Position numbers and translations under genes: made by a program. Below are positions 51,458 to 64,000 of a DNA stretch of 64,000 bases, in pieces. The notes under the pieces were generated by a model that was not told the origin of the DNA, searched no databases, and saw nothing but the letters and a program-made list of their open reading frames with translations. Source of the stretch: Eledone cirrhosa (Eukaryota); assembly GCA_964016885.1 (NCBI GenBank), contig OZ024741.1, positions 319,238,001-319,302,000 on the forward strand, in the 5' to 3' direction. The first letter of the stretch is position 1. Each line of letters starts with the position of its first letter.

Positions 51458-54139
51458 ATATATATATCATCATTATCATCACCATCATCCTCGTTTAACA
51501 GCCATTTTCCATGCTAATATATACATATATATACACATAGACACACCTATATATATATATATACATATGTATATATGTATGTGTGTGACAAAGTTGGCCG
51601 GCCTTTTGAATTACTGGTTTAGTCCATCTGACAGACTTCCAAACAGTTTCTGTCTTCCCAATGTCACTCAGAAAGTATGGTTCCACCTGAAGTTATAGTA
51701 AATAACACGTACTCAAGATGCCATGTGATAGGATTGAACTTGGGTCTTAATGATTGTGAAGCAAACTCCTTAATAATTCGACTATGTTGTGCCCACATAC
51801 TTCGGATACAGTACTATGTGGTTAGATACGTACTGCATATTAGAGGCACTCCATGAGTTATGACAACAAGTGTTCCAGTTGATACGATCAATGGAACAGT
51901 CTGCTCATGAAATTAATGTACAAGTGGCTGAGCATTCCACAAACACGCATACCCTTAACGTAGTTCTCAGGGAAATTCAGCATGACACAGAATGTGACAA
52001 GGCTGGTCTTTCGAATTACAGCTACAACTCACTTTTCCCTGCTGAATGGACTGGAGCAACATGAAATAAAGTGTCTTGCTCAAGGACACAGCGAATTGCT
52101 GGGAATCAAACTCTTGACCTTATGATTGTGAGTGGAATACCCTAACCACAAAGCCATGTGCCGTCACATAGTTCATATAAAATCGCAACATACACACATA
52201 CATGCACAGGGAAAAATATATGGATAAATAATTTTGCAGAAAACTTTATAAATTCAAGCATACAAATATAAACCCAAATTTAATATGATTAAAGATACCA
52301 ATATGCTCATTTATTTGATCATGCACACGCACATGCATACATACAGGCTTACATACACACACACGCATGCAGGCTTACATGCACACACAAACATCTTGGG
52401 AAATACACACATACATGCATGCAGGCTTACATACACACACAAACATCTTAGGAAGTACACACACATACATACAGGCCTATAGACACACACAAACATCTTG
52501 GGAAGCATACACATGCACACCCAAACATACTGGGAAGCATACATACATGCACACACAAACATCTTGGTAAGTACACACACACACACATGCATGCAGACCA
52601 ACATTCATGCACAAATACTTTTGTAGTGGTGGGTGAAATCTTAAACACTGTCAAATGTTACACTTGATACTGGATCATCCAACTCTCACATATCTTTAGA
52701 AATGCAAATGTTAACCGCTTTTTTTTTTGCTTTTGCATGCGAACTTTTGAGTATTAATAAAATTTATTTAAAAAAAAAAATGTTTTTTTTAAATTGTTGA
52801 AGTGGTTGTATAAATTTGTTTTTATTGAGTTTTTCTATATACATTCCAGTATAAGAACTCTTATGCAACTGAGTAAAAATTAAAAATATATACTTTATTT
52901 TAAAAACTACCTACAACTGAAACGAAGCTACTCCAAAATAGTAGTTTCATGTTTTTATTTTCCTATTTTTCCCCCCCTTTTTTTTACAATGTTCTTCCTA
53001 TTTCTTCGTGCTTTCTTCAATGAAAAAGCAGGGAAAAAATTGTGTGGAAAAATGACATAGTTTATATAAGAGTTATAACAATAAACAGAGAAATTATTTG
53101 ATCTGTCCTTCCTAGAAATTTCACTGGCAAATATATTTCACAAACTAACCTATTTAGGTGTAGATCCAATGGTTGGCAGTTGTTCACCTTCTTCATGATC
53201 TTCAAATGATTGTATGTGTATGTGTGTTTGTATGTGTGTGCTTGTGTGTATGATTGTTTGTGTGTTTATATGCGTGTTTCTGTGTGTGTTTGCGTGCATG
53301 TTTGTGTGTGTGTGTTTGTGAATGTTTGTGATTGTGTCTGTGTGTTTGGGGGCATGTGTGTGCATATTTGTATGTATTTGTATTTGAGTTTTTGAGTGTG
53401 TGTGTGCATTTGTGTGTCATTGTGTGTGAGTGAGTGTGTGCGTGTGTTTGCATTTGTGTGTCATTGTGTGTGAGTTTGTGCGTGTTTGCATTTGTGTGTC
53501 ATTGTGTGAGTGTGTGTGTGTGTTTGCATGTTTGTGTTTGTGTATGTGTATGTTTGTATGCATGTGTGTGTGTATTTGTGTTTGTGTGTCTTTGGGTGTG
53601 AGTATGTATGTTTGTGTGTATGCATATGTCTGCATGCATGTGTTTGAATGCATGTATGTTTGTATGTGTATGTGTATTTGCATGCGTGTGTTTCTACATT
53701 TGTGTGTATGTGTGTGCATGCAATCTATTCTTGTACATTTTTGTGCATGTGAATGAATCTGAACTTGATTTAGTCAATCATATTGAGCCCAGTACTTATT
53801 TTATTGATCATATTTTTTTGTCCAACTGCTAAGTTACATAAATACAGACACAGACACAAAGACACACATACACACAGACACACATATACAAAACCACACA
53901 TACACAATCTGCTGCTGAAGCATCTGTCAACAAAATTCCACTCATATGGCATTGGTCAACCCAAAGCTACAGTGGAATGTTGGATAAGACATTCTACTAT
54001 GAAATCTATGAAATGCATAAATTATTGTAGTGTATTTTCCAGCATTGGTCAATAGAAAATGTGCCATACCAGAACCCAGAACCTAAAACCACATCTACCT
54101 AACATGCCACACAATAGGACTTGACCCAGAATCACACTT

Positions 54140-55180
54140 GTCCAAGGTGCCACACAGCTTCTCAAGATTTGTATTGAGGCAGTTAGTAACATATCTCAGT
54201 ACCCCAATGATCACAGGTACAAATCTAAAGTTATAGTCAGGGTGGAGTATTGACAGATTCCTCATTTATTCAACATAAATCTTCTCCTTTTCACTAATCT
54301 TTAGCATTATATTGACCTCTGCTGAGTAGCTGATTTCCACTACTGTGCATATCTTCTTTTCTCTGTCCAATATCACTATGTTTGGTCTGTTATGCTTGCA
54401 TTTTATTGAGGTTTTGACTGGAGCACTCCACCAGTACTCTTTCATATTATGTATGCAAATGTCCTTCACATCACTGTAATGTTTTATATATTTATTTTCA
54501 GAACTATCCTTTCTGCGGATAACATTGTATAGTGTTATGGTCACCACATCATGCCTCATAGGTAGATAGTACCATGATGATATCTTTGGACAGCTGCTTA
54601 TGATGTAGGTGGCATCTTCAATGCTTACTCTGCAGAGTCTGCATCTGTTGTCACATCTAGGTGTTTTGTCCATATCCCTATCTCTTTTGTGCAACAGGCA
54701 TTTTGTTGTTATTTCCTGTTCTTGGATTGCAAAAGCATATCCTTCAAACAGAGAGACAATAAAGCAGTTATTGGTCTAAATAGACTGCTTTACCTATCTA
54801 TATTACTCTCGCTTTGAAGCTTTCTAGCAACAAAGCCGTGCATGATTTGTTGCTGATCAGCTTGTAGCTTTTCATCCATGGATTCATTGTGGTATTGCTT
54901 TACAATTTCTCTGGGTGTGAGATTTTTGTTATCATGCGGTATTTCTGATAGAGCTACTTCCCAACTCTCATGTTATCTGCCTCATGTAGACATACTTTTT
55001 CTATAGATGGGCTTCTATACTTGGTGGTTTGTAGATGTCGAAAGGATATGATGCAATACTCAAATGCAGTTTGAACTGATGTTATGTCTCTAACTCCCTG
55101 TTTACATTTCGGGAAGAGTCAGTCTATGTCGCTGTTGATGTGGACATTTTGGGTACTGTGTAGAACTTTTGGAGTTTTAA
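54140..55180 (-). mobile_element. R4/Dong-like non-LTR retrotransposon fragment (restriction-like endonuclease end)
   Basis: EGYAFAIQEQEI, CRLC...C, RHDVV, EYWW, KHNRPNIV...VVEIS...KEKIY. Catalytic PD reads PN. Confidence 0.8.
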
Positions 55181-55249
55181 CATCAATGGTTCAGATTTCT
55201 TCTGGGGTCCAGTCAAGTAGTCCAAATTATGATGTCAGCATAGGCACAG

Positions 55250-56340
55250 CTGTGATGGAGAGAGAGGTTGAAAGAGCAGAGAGAGAGTGTTAGGGGTGGG
55301 TAAAAGAAAAGGGAGAGAGAGAGGGAAGAAGGAAGAGACAGTGATGGGGGATGAGGGGTGAAAGGCAAGGGAGAGAGACAGTGATGGAAGGGAGGGAGGG
55401 GAGCAGGAAGAGAGATTGTGATGGGAGAGAGGGGTGAAAGGGGAGGGAGAGAGAGAGGGAGAGGAGAAGGGAGAGAGAGTGATAAGAGGGAGGGGAGAAT
55501 GGAGAGAGATAGTGATAGAAGAGAGGGAGGGGTGAAAGGGAAGGGAGAGAGTGATGGGAGAGATGCAAGGGAAGGATGAGCGAGACAGTGATAGGAGAGA
55601 GAGGGGTGAAGGGAGAAAGATAGTGGTGGGAGAGAGGGAGAGAGAGAGCGAGATAGATAGAGAGAGAGGGAGAGAGAGAGCGAGATAGATAGATAGAGAG
55701 AGAAGGGGGGGGGGAGATGAGAGAAATGCCAATAGTAAAGTAATTTAAGGAATTATGTATTTAGCAATGGTGGTGCAGATGGGAATTTGGAGAGTTTTAC
55801 ACATCTGGTACTACAAGAAATTAATTAATGTCCCTCTGGTTTATTGTAGTTGGACTAATTATATGATAGTAGGTAGGGATGATGGTGAGGGAGTGGATGG
55901 TGGGGAGATGGGGAAGGGGGAATTGGTGGTGGAGATGGAGAGAGGGGATTGGTGGGGGAAATGGAGAGAGGGGGTTGGTGAGGAGATGGTTGGTGGAGGA
56001 GATGGAGAGAGGTGGTTGGTGGGGGAGATGGAGAGAGGGGGTTGGTGGGGGAGATAGAGGGATGAGGGAGGTGAAAGAGAGAAGAAGGGGTGGGGAGGTG
56101 AGAGAAGAGGGGTGAGGGAGGTGAAAGAGAGAAGAGGGGGTGAGGGAGGTGAAAGAGAGAAGAGGGGTGAGGGAGGTGAAAGAGAGAAGAGGGGTGAGGG
56201 AGATGAAAGAGAGAAGGGGTTGGGGTGGAGTGAGGGAGGTGAAAGAGAGAAGAGGGGGTGAGGGAGGTGAAAGAGAGACAGAGGAGGGAATGTATGTGTA
56301 ACCATATGAGAGTGAAAGAGTAAGAAGGAGTGAGAAGGAA
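55250..56340. repeat. Purine-rich low-complexity and minisatellite tracts
   Basis: GA-rich block 55250-55725; gagggaggtgaaagagagaagagggg units at ~56060-56280. Confidence 0.85.
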
Positions 56341-56600
56341 TGAGAATGTTGAGAGTGAGACATGGTAGACATTGGTGGTATGGGGTGAGATTTACTTAAT
56401 AAATTGTTGACTGAGCAGAGAAAACAAACGACAGATTAATGTCCAGTACAAACCTAGCTTGGATGATAATTGCTGAATACTTACACAAACAGATTTTTAA
56501 TAATTACTTCTCTTTTTCTCTCTTTACTTCTCTCTCTCACTCTCTCTCTATCTCTCTTTCCCTCATCCTCACTCTTTCTCTTCCACATACCCTATTTCTC

Positions 56601-56639
<39 letters not shown>

Positions 56640-56673
56640 CACACACCCTCTCTCTATTTCTCTCTTCCACATA

Positions 56674-56775
<102 letters not shown>

Positions 56776-59222
56776 ACTATCTCTTTATTCATCCATTTTT
56801 CTTTTCTTTATGTTCATCCCTCAGTACACCACAACCTCCACCATTTTCAGATAAGTTCTCACCATTTCTGCTCAAGTCTTCCTTGATATTCTTATACTGC
56901 AGCTTCCTTCCACTTGTTGCATTACTTTGCCATATCTAACGTCAGGTTCAGCATTTTATGATCAATTCTCACTTTTTTCTTAGGTTTTCTCCAGCCTCTA
57001 CCTATTGTATTCTTTTGTAGTGTTTCTTGAGCATTTTTTAAAAACCTGGTAGAGCCCACCCCTCTCCAGGACTGAACACAAGAGAGAGAGGGGGAGAGAA
57101 TGTGCGATTGAAAAAGATATAGAGAAAGAGAATCAACCTCAGTACTGGACTGGTACTTTTTTTTATTGACCTTGAAAGGATGAAAGGCAAAGTTGACCTT
57201 AGTGGGATTTGAATTTAGAGTGCAGAGTGCCAGAACTAAATCAACAAAGATTTTTTATCTGCCAATTTGCTGCCTTAACCAAAGAATACTGTACCAAATT
57301 TAAAGCGTAGCTGTACAGCCCAGCCCAGAGTGTAAAATTTGGCCCCCACTTTTCCTACTTCTTTTTATTTAATTTTTATTTTTCCCCCTCATTTTTTCCT
57401 TTTTTTTCTCTCTCTTCTTTCATTATCAATATATAACTCCCGCCACCAACACTGACTTCTCACTCAGCCTGGTTCGAAGACACAACGAGCATCCTAATGA
57501 CAACAAATGGTAATTTTGGTGTGGTGATAACAGCTTCTAGTCCATCCTATCAGGTTGTTGTGGTGATGCCATGATAAAATGCACCTGGTACACACCGTAA
57601 AAAGGTTGATATTAGTAAGAGTATAGAAACCATGCCAAAAATGTAACATGTGAGTAAGATACAGTCATCTGACTTGTCAGACTTCAGAACATGACAACCC
57701 ATCATATAAATGCAAGCATGGAAAATAGATGTAAAATGGTGATGATGATCTTTGTTTTTTTACCCACTTATTCCTTGGAGCGTTGTGGGGGCAGAGTCCT
57801 GAAAAACTTTCCAGAGGGTGCTATCAGAAGTAACCATCCACATTTGATCTGGCTAGATTCTCAAGTGAGACCGACCAAGTTTATAGATGTTATCCAATCA
57901 TCTTGCTCATGGTCTACCTCTGGCTCTCCTATCTGATGGCTTTGCCTGTCCAGTGATTCTTTCATTAGACATTCTAACCACATGTCCATAGTATCAGAGC
58001 AGTGACCTCTCGATTTGGTGAAGTAGTGGCTCTACCTGGATTGACTCTCTGATTACTGAGCTATGACCCAATTGTGTAACATTACTTCAAAGACTGTTCA
58101 GGGCAACACAGTAGTCAGGACATTCCCCTTATAAGAAAATTATAACCCACAATAGACTGGCATTAGTGATACCAACATTTGGGATACTTATTCTTTTATT
58201 TCCTCTGGGGAATGTGTACATGGAATCTGAGACATAAAATGTATGCAGAAATAGAGAGTGAAAATTATGAAACATGAGTTAGATTCCATGGCCAGGTGGT
58301 GCATTGTGTCTTTGAGAAAGACATTTTATTTCAGCTGGAAAAAATGAGTTGTGACAACACTGGTGTATATATATTGTATATATTATGTGTATATTGTACA
58401 TATAATGTGTATATGAGTTGTGATGATATTGTTATTAAGTGGTATCAGGCCTTGCTTTTTCCATGGACAACATCATATATAGTTATATAGTATGTATATA
58501 GTGTCTATACTGTGTATTACAAGTCTAAGTCTATCTTAAGACGTACGGCTCATTTGGCCAGTGCTTATCCCGGTTTCATGGCGTGAAGCGACAGAACATA
58601 CAAGACTCACCCCTGGACAGAACACCAGCCCATCGCAGGGTTAAACCCCAGCTATTGTTTGTACTCATTTTTAGCTGGGTATATTGGAGCAACATGGAAT
58701 GAGGTATTTTGCTTAAGAACACAACACGCAACCCAGGAATTGAACCCACGACATTATGATCGTAAGTCCAACACCCTTACCACTAGGCCACGTGCCTCCA
58801 CCTATACTGTGTATATATAGTACATATTAGTGTATAAATGAGTTGTGAAGGCACTGGTGCCAAGCTGTATCAACCTTTATTATAGTGTATGTATAGAGTA
58901 TATATGAATTGCAAAGACATTGCTGCCAAGCTGTATCAGCCCTTGCCTCTTCCTTGGACAACATCAGTGGTGGGGAGAAGAGAGACAGACATGCATGAAT
59001 GACTGCTGGTCTTCCACCAAAAACACCTTGACCTAGGTTTGTATCTCAGGGGTGCAAGCTATAGTTCATCATAACCAAAGGGAGCCTTGATTATTTTATT
59101 GACCATTCCAGCTAAGGTAGTAACAGTAGTAGTAGTAGTAGTAGTAGTAGTCGCAGTAGCAGCAGTAGCAGCAGTAGCAGCAGTAGTAGTATTTTTCTTA
59201 CTTATCAACGCCAGCAGCCAGC

Positions 59223-59255
<33 letters not shown>

Positions 59256-59663
59256 GAGGAGGATGAGGAGGAGAAGGAGAAGGAGGAGGAGGGAGAAGAA
59301 GAAGAAGAAGACAGAAAGAAAATAAAAATGAGAACCATGAGTGGGGGAGGAGAAAAAAGAAGGTGGGGCAAAGACTGGTGAAGTAGAAGGACAGCAGCAT
59401 AACCTTTGATCATAAGATGAGGAGCAAGTGCCGTAGATGAAGGCGTGCAAGAGAGATTAGATCAAAGATGTGCTTTAATGATGGCCTGCCTTCACTGACG
59501 AGGGAGAGTGAGAGAGGGAGATATGTTGTTTAATAACTGCTCATCAGATGTCTGTGATGATAACTATGGCATATCTTATGTGTGTATATATAAATATATA
59601 TATATAACCTGTATACATACACACACACATGTGTGTGGGCATATATATAAACATATATATATA

Positions 59664-59730
<67 letters not shown>

Positions 59731-60604
59731 GTGTATGTATGTATGTGTATGTGTATGTGTATGTGTGTGTGTGATGGGTTACCATATGTCCCAGTTTGAA
59801 TGGAATTCTCCCAGCCAATTTGAAATTATGTCTCGTTTTCTTTTCAAATTTGGAAAGATTTTTATCTGTTAAAGTCTTTCTAGTGTATTATGTAATACCT
59901 ATAGCAGTAACCAAACTAGGATTTGAAACTTACACCCACTGCTTCACTCATATGCAAAAACTATAATATTCAAGAGTGTTCCTTCTTCTTCTTCTTCTCC
60001 CCCCCCCCTCCTTCTTTTCTACCCACTTATTCCTGAGAGGGTCACGGGGGGGGGGGGGGGGGGGGGCAGAGTCCTTCTAATTGTTTTATTTTTTAAATGC
60101 TAAAAAGAGTAGGTACATATATGAAAGAACACAAGGAAGATTCCTCTTTTCTAAACATGGTTTGTGTTGACAGAGTAAAATGTGGTCATTGTTTTGCAGA
60201 GTTCTCTGTGGCACATGGAGATAGGTTGGATATTAAAGACTATTGGAAATCTCAAAGGCACAAAGTGAGTTTTGTTGCTAGTTTGTCACAATTAGATAAT
60301 AATCAAATTGGAGCTTCTCATTGTTACTAAAGAAGTCCCTTTTGCTTTTCGTAATGTTTCTCATAAATTCAGTTTCAATACATCTGATCATTAGTCAAAG
60401 TTGAATTCAAGCTTTTGAGCTCAAGCTTTGTGTAGCGTGGAGAAAATCTAAAGTCAGAATTTTAAATGTAACTGTACCCATTGCTAAATCTGAGTTTGCT
60501 AAAGACCTTTGCAAAGTCAAATTTTGTGACAGTTCTTATGGATGCTTTGAATTAAAAAGTTGTTAAAATTATGCTTTTCATTATTCAATATTACATTTCT
60601 GGTG

Positions 60605-60814
60605 GTAGATTGGCAGTATCAGTGGAGCGTCGGGCAACATGCTTCATGGCATAGAGTTAAGGCCCTTTACGATCTGAGTTCAAATCTTGCGAAGTTAATT
60701 TTGCCTTTCATCCTTATGGGATTGATATAATAAAGTACTAGTAATGCACTGGGGTTGATTTAATCAACTTTCCCATCCCCTAAAATTGTTGGCCTTGTGA
60801 CTAAATAAGAAACG
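60605..60814 (+). mobile_element. SINE with 18-bp target-site duplication
   Basis: aatattacatttctggtg at 60587-60604 and 60815-60832. Confidence 0.85.
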
Positions 60815-60888
60815 AATATTACATTTCTGGTGCAAGCATATACACACTGTTCTAGGTGATACAGATGAGATCTTGACTAATGATTTAA

Positions 60889-61108
60889 CCCTTTAATGTT
60901 CAAACCGGCCGAAACTGGCCAGAATTCTCTACCTTTTTCTGTTGAAACTGGCTGTAACTGGTCACTCAAACTGATGTTAAGGTATTGTTCTCAAAATAAA
61001 TACTTTCAAAATCTCATAGATTCGATATTATGTGAGATAATTATGTGAGTTAGAGCATTTACTATGAAAATACAATAGTATATATAGAGTAATGTGAATG
61101 CTAAAGGG
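60889..61108. mobile_element. piggyBac-type MITE nested in the hAT relic
   Basis: TTAA|ccctttaatgttca ... tgaatgctaaaggg|TTAA. Confidence 0.75.
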
Positions 61109-62023
61109 TTAAACTCAGCTATTGACAATCATAGGTTGAGAGAAAAAGTTGTTGCTACAACATAAATTTTTGTGGTGTAAAAGGAAAAGGAAAAATCAAC
61201 ATATTTAACTGATTAAAAGCCAAACTTGAAAGGTACCTTGTTGGCATTGGTTGTACTGCACCCATTGTTCACTACTGTTTCCAAACAGCTGTTGTTCTAT
61301 TACTGATTGATGGTGAAGCATTTATTGTGAGACTTTTCAAATATTTTCACAGTTCGTGTAACACGGCTAAAAGAATTTTGTGATTTTGCTAGAATGAATA
61401 CAAAAAGCTATTACAATATAGTATTACTAGCTTTTTGTCAATGCTATCACCAGTTGAAAGATTTGATACCATTTTTGCTGGTTTGAATTCCTACTTTTGC
61501 TCCCAAAAAACACAGCCTGGGATTGATAAAACGATTCTTGGAAAATGGTTTTAGAGAAATATATTTATGGTTTGTACATGGCCAGCTTAGCCTTTTCAAC
61601 GAATCGATTCTGGTCATAGAAAAGGAACATTCTAGTGCAGCTGTTATCAAACTAGAAATGCAAATATAGAACTATAAAAAAAACTGTGAAAACACCTTGC
61701 TGAGAAACCTTGAAGAAATAGTGAAAGCATTGAAAAAGAAAGAATTGAGAAGTTTTAGGAAAGATATGTCTCATACCTAAACTAAAGAGAATTTTGAATA
61801 GATGGAAGACTTTCTGTGGTTAAATTCTGGAGATTCTGGAAGTATACCTGAATCCAGTGTTGAGCAGTCTGCAGTAGAGATCAACCAGAGGATTGGAAAG
61901 CAAGTAGTAAATATTGATTAGTTAATAAGGTTATTATGGCAAGACCTCTTGTGTTTCTATGACAGAAGTTTGGGCAACACAGAATATTAAGTCTGAAGAA
62001 AAGTAGCATGTTCTCTTTCTTTC

Positions 62024-62054
<31 letters not shown>

Positions 62055-62873
62055 TATTGCAAAGTAAGACACCATGATCATCATCATTACCATCATCATC
62101 ATCATTTAATGTCCATTTTCCATGCTAACATGGATTAGACAGGTTGTCCCATTAGAGACCAGTTGGGTCAGGTGACCGCGTCTTGCTCATATAGAACTGT
62201 TTCTGGTTAGGTTTCTACAGCTGGATGCTATTCTTAACACCAACCACATTTACAGTGAAAAAAAAAAATCTTAGTGCTGTAGTAGAAATCATTTAAAAAA
62301 ATCTTTCTGGTACTTCTGCACCAGTTGAATGAGTGTTTTCTGTTATAAATAATGTGGGGTGAGATGAGAAGAGTAATCATCATCATCATCATCACAGTTT
62401 TATGTCCGTTCTTCCATGCTAGCATGGGTTAGACGGGTTGTCCTGTTGTGGGCAGTGTCCAGTCAGCTGACCTTGTCTTGCTCATACAGGAACTGATTCT
62501 GGCTTGATTTCTACAATTGTAATATGGAAGCAAAAGGAATTCTGATGACCAAAATAAACATTCAATTAAACTGCAAAGAATGTTTTGACAAAATTAAAAC
62601 TGACAATGAATTTCTTAGAAAAGTAGTTTCAAGTGAAAAAATATCAAAGTACTGATGATTTAATAAAATATTACTTGACAATAAAGAAAATCATGTTTAG
62701 TTAAATATATTTTTAAATGCTGCTGTTCTACTTGACTATATATTACATGTACGTGCAGTCAAATAAAGAACAGCAGCTTTGTACATCTTTTGTTTTTGTT
62801 CCCCATTTTACTATATCTGTCAACAACTTTACACACACATACACACATCCACATATATATATAGAATATATAT

Positions 62874-62914
<41 letters not shown>

Positions 62915-63282
62915 CATCTGTGTTTAATGTCTGCTTTCTCAGCTAACAAGGGTTGGACATGTTGTCACACAGGTTAATACAGAAGCAGAACATCTTACCT
63001 TATTGTGGCACTTACACTAGAGAAATTGTCATGTTTTTGGCATAGCAGAAGAGTCTTCTCAGATCTTTCTTTGGCAATTTTTTACGGCTACATACCCTTC
63101 CTATTACCTTCCTATCACCAACCACTTTACAGAGTGTAAGGGTTGCATTTATTGTGTAGGTCACCAACACCGGAGAAGCTGTCACACCTGACACAACTAA
63201 GAGTCTTCTTGAAGCTTTTGGTATGGTTTCTACAGTGGGGTGCCTTTCCTATTACCAGCCATGTTACATGTATATACATATT

Positions 63283-63314
<32 letters not shown>

Positions 63315-63655
63315 GGAGGCACATGGCTTAGTGGTTAGAGCATTGACCTTGCAATCGAAAGGTTGTGAGTTCAAATCTCAGACCAGGTGATGTGTTGTTT
63401 CCTTGAGCAAGACACTTTATTTTACATTGCTCCAGTTTACTCAGCTGTAGAAATGAGATGATAGGGACTGGGGTCCCTATCATTCCACTGCAAAGTGGTC
63501 ATTGAGGTGCCACGGCAAAAAAGCACCCGGCACTCACTGTAAATCAGGTTGGTGTTAGGAAGGGCATCCAGCTGTAGAAATCAAGTCAGAATCAGTTCCT
63601 GTCCCACCCTTGCAAGCAGGGAAAAGCGGACGTAAAATGATGATGATGATGAAGA
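63315..63655 (+). mobile_element. tRNA-derived SINE with RTE tail
   Basis: Close relative of 51069-51457. Confidence 0.85.
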
Positions 63656-64000
63656 TATAAATATGTATATATATTACATATTAAATTTATGCCAAAAAAC
63701 TCTATTTAGGGAAGATGTCTAAGTATTATAGACAAATAATTTTTTAATAAACATTAACAACAACTTCCTTTTAGAGTTGATTTAGACATTTTTTGGCTAC
63801 TATTTCTAGCGTCATTATATATGGAGAGATTTGTTCATTTAGTAGTGTAGTTCATCAAAGCAAAATGTTGGGTATCATGTAGTTTTGGTTTCAAAGTGGT
63901 CTGTATACTTGATGATTAATATCTCCTCTTGTTCCAAAGAATTCTCACCTTACGACCAAAAAATAAGTTCTTCCAATATTGGTTATTCCAGTCATTTGAA

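Larger units (their letters stand above)
59775..62700 (+). mobile_element. Decayed hAT transposon (Tip100/Blackjack-like) with nested insertions
   Basis: Left end gggttaccatatgtccc. BED-like CGHCFAEFSVAHGDRLDIK...QRHK, VGIGCTAPIVH (CxxH region), C-terminal FLRKVVSSEK. Right TIR not found. Confidence 0.7.

Overview
Repeat-saturated, AT-rich eukaryotic (metazoan) DNA. The SINE/RTE repertoire and microsatellite load look octopod-cephalopod-like, but this is an inference. Most ORF-track entries are microsatellite or antisense artefacts. Main content: (1) a head-to-tail array of three L1-clade, Tx1-like non-LTR retrotransposons, each ending in AATAAA plus (ATCT)n (20.7-32.0 kb); the middle copy is near-intact. 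(2) Older minus-strand relatives at 39.8-48.3 kb, one interrupted by a mariner inserted at its ORF1 zinc knuckle. (3) Many short fold-back/palindromic elements inside (TA)n tracts that carry type I hammerhead-ribozyme motifs, plus a Penelope GIY-YIG remnant with its own hammerhead. (4) Two non-autonomous Helitrons, RTE, R4/Dong-like and hAT relics, MITEs, tRNA-derived SINEs and a 25-bp minisatellite. (5) One plausible host coding exon on the minus strand (13563-13881) encoding a signal-peptide-bearing N-terminus. Best candidates for an undescribed system: the (ATCT)n-targeting Tx1 family and the (TA)n-targeting palindromic hammerhead elements. Boundaries of decayed elements are approximate.
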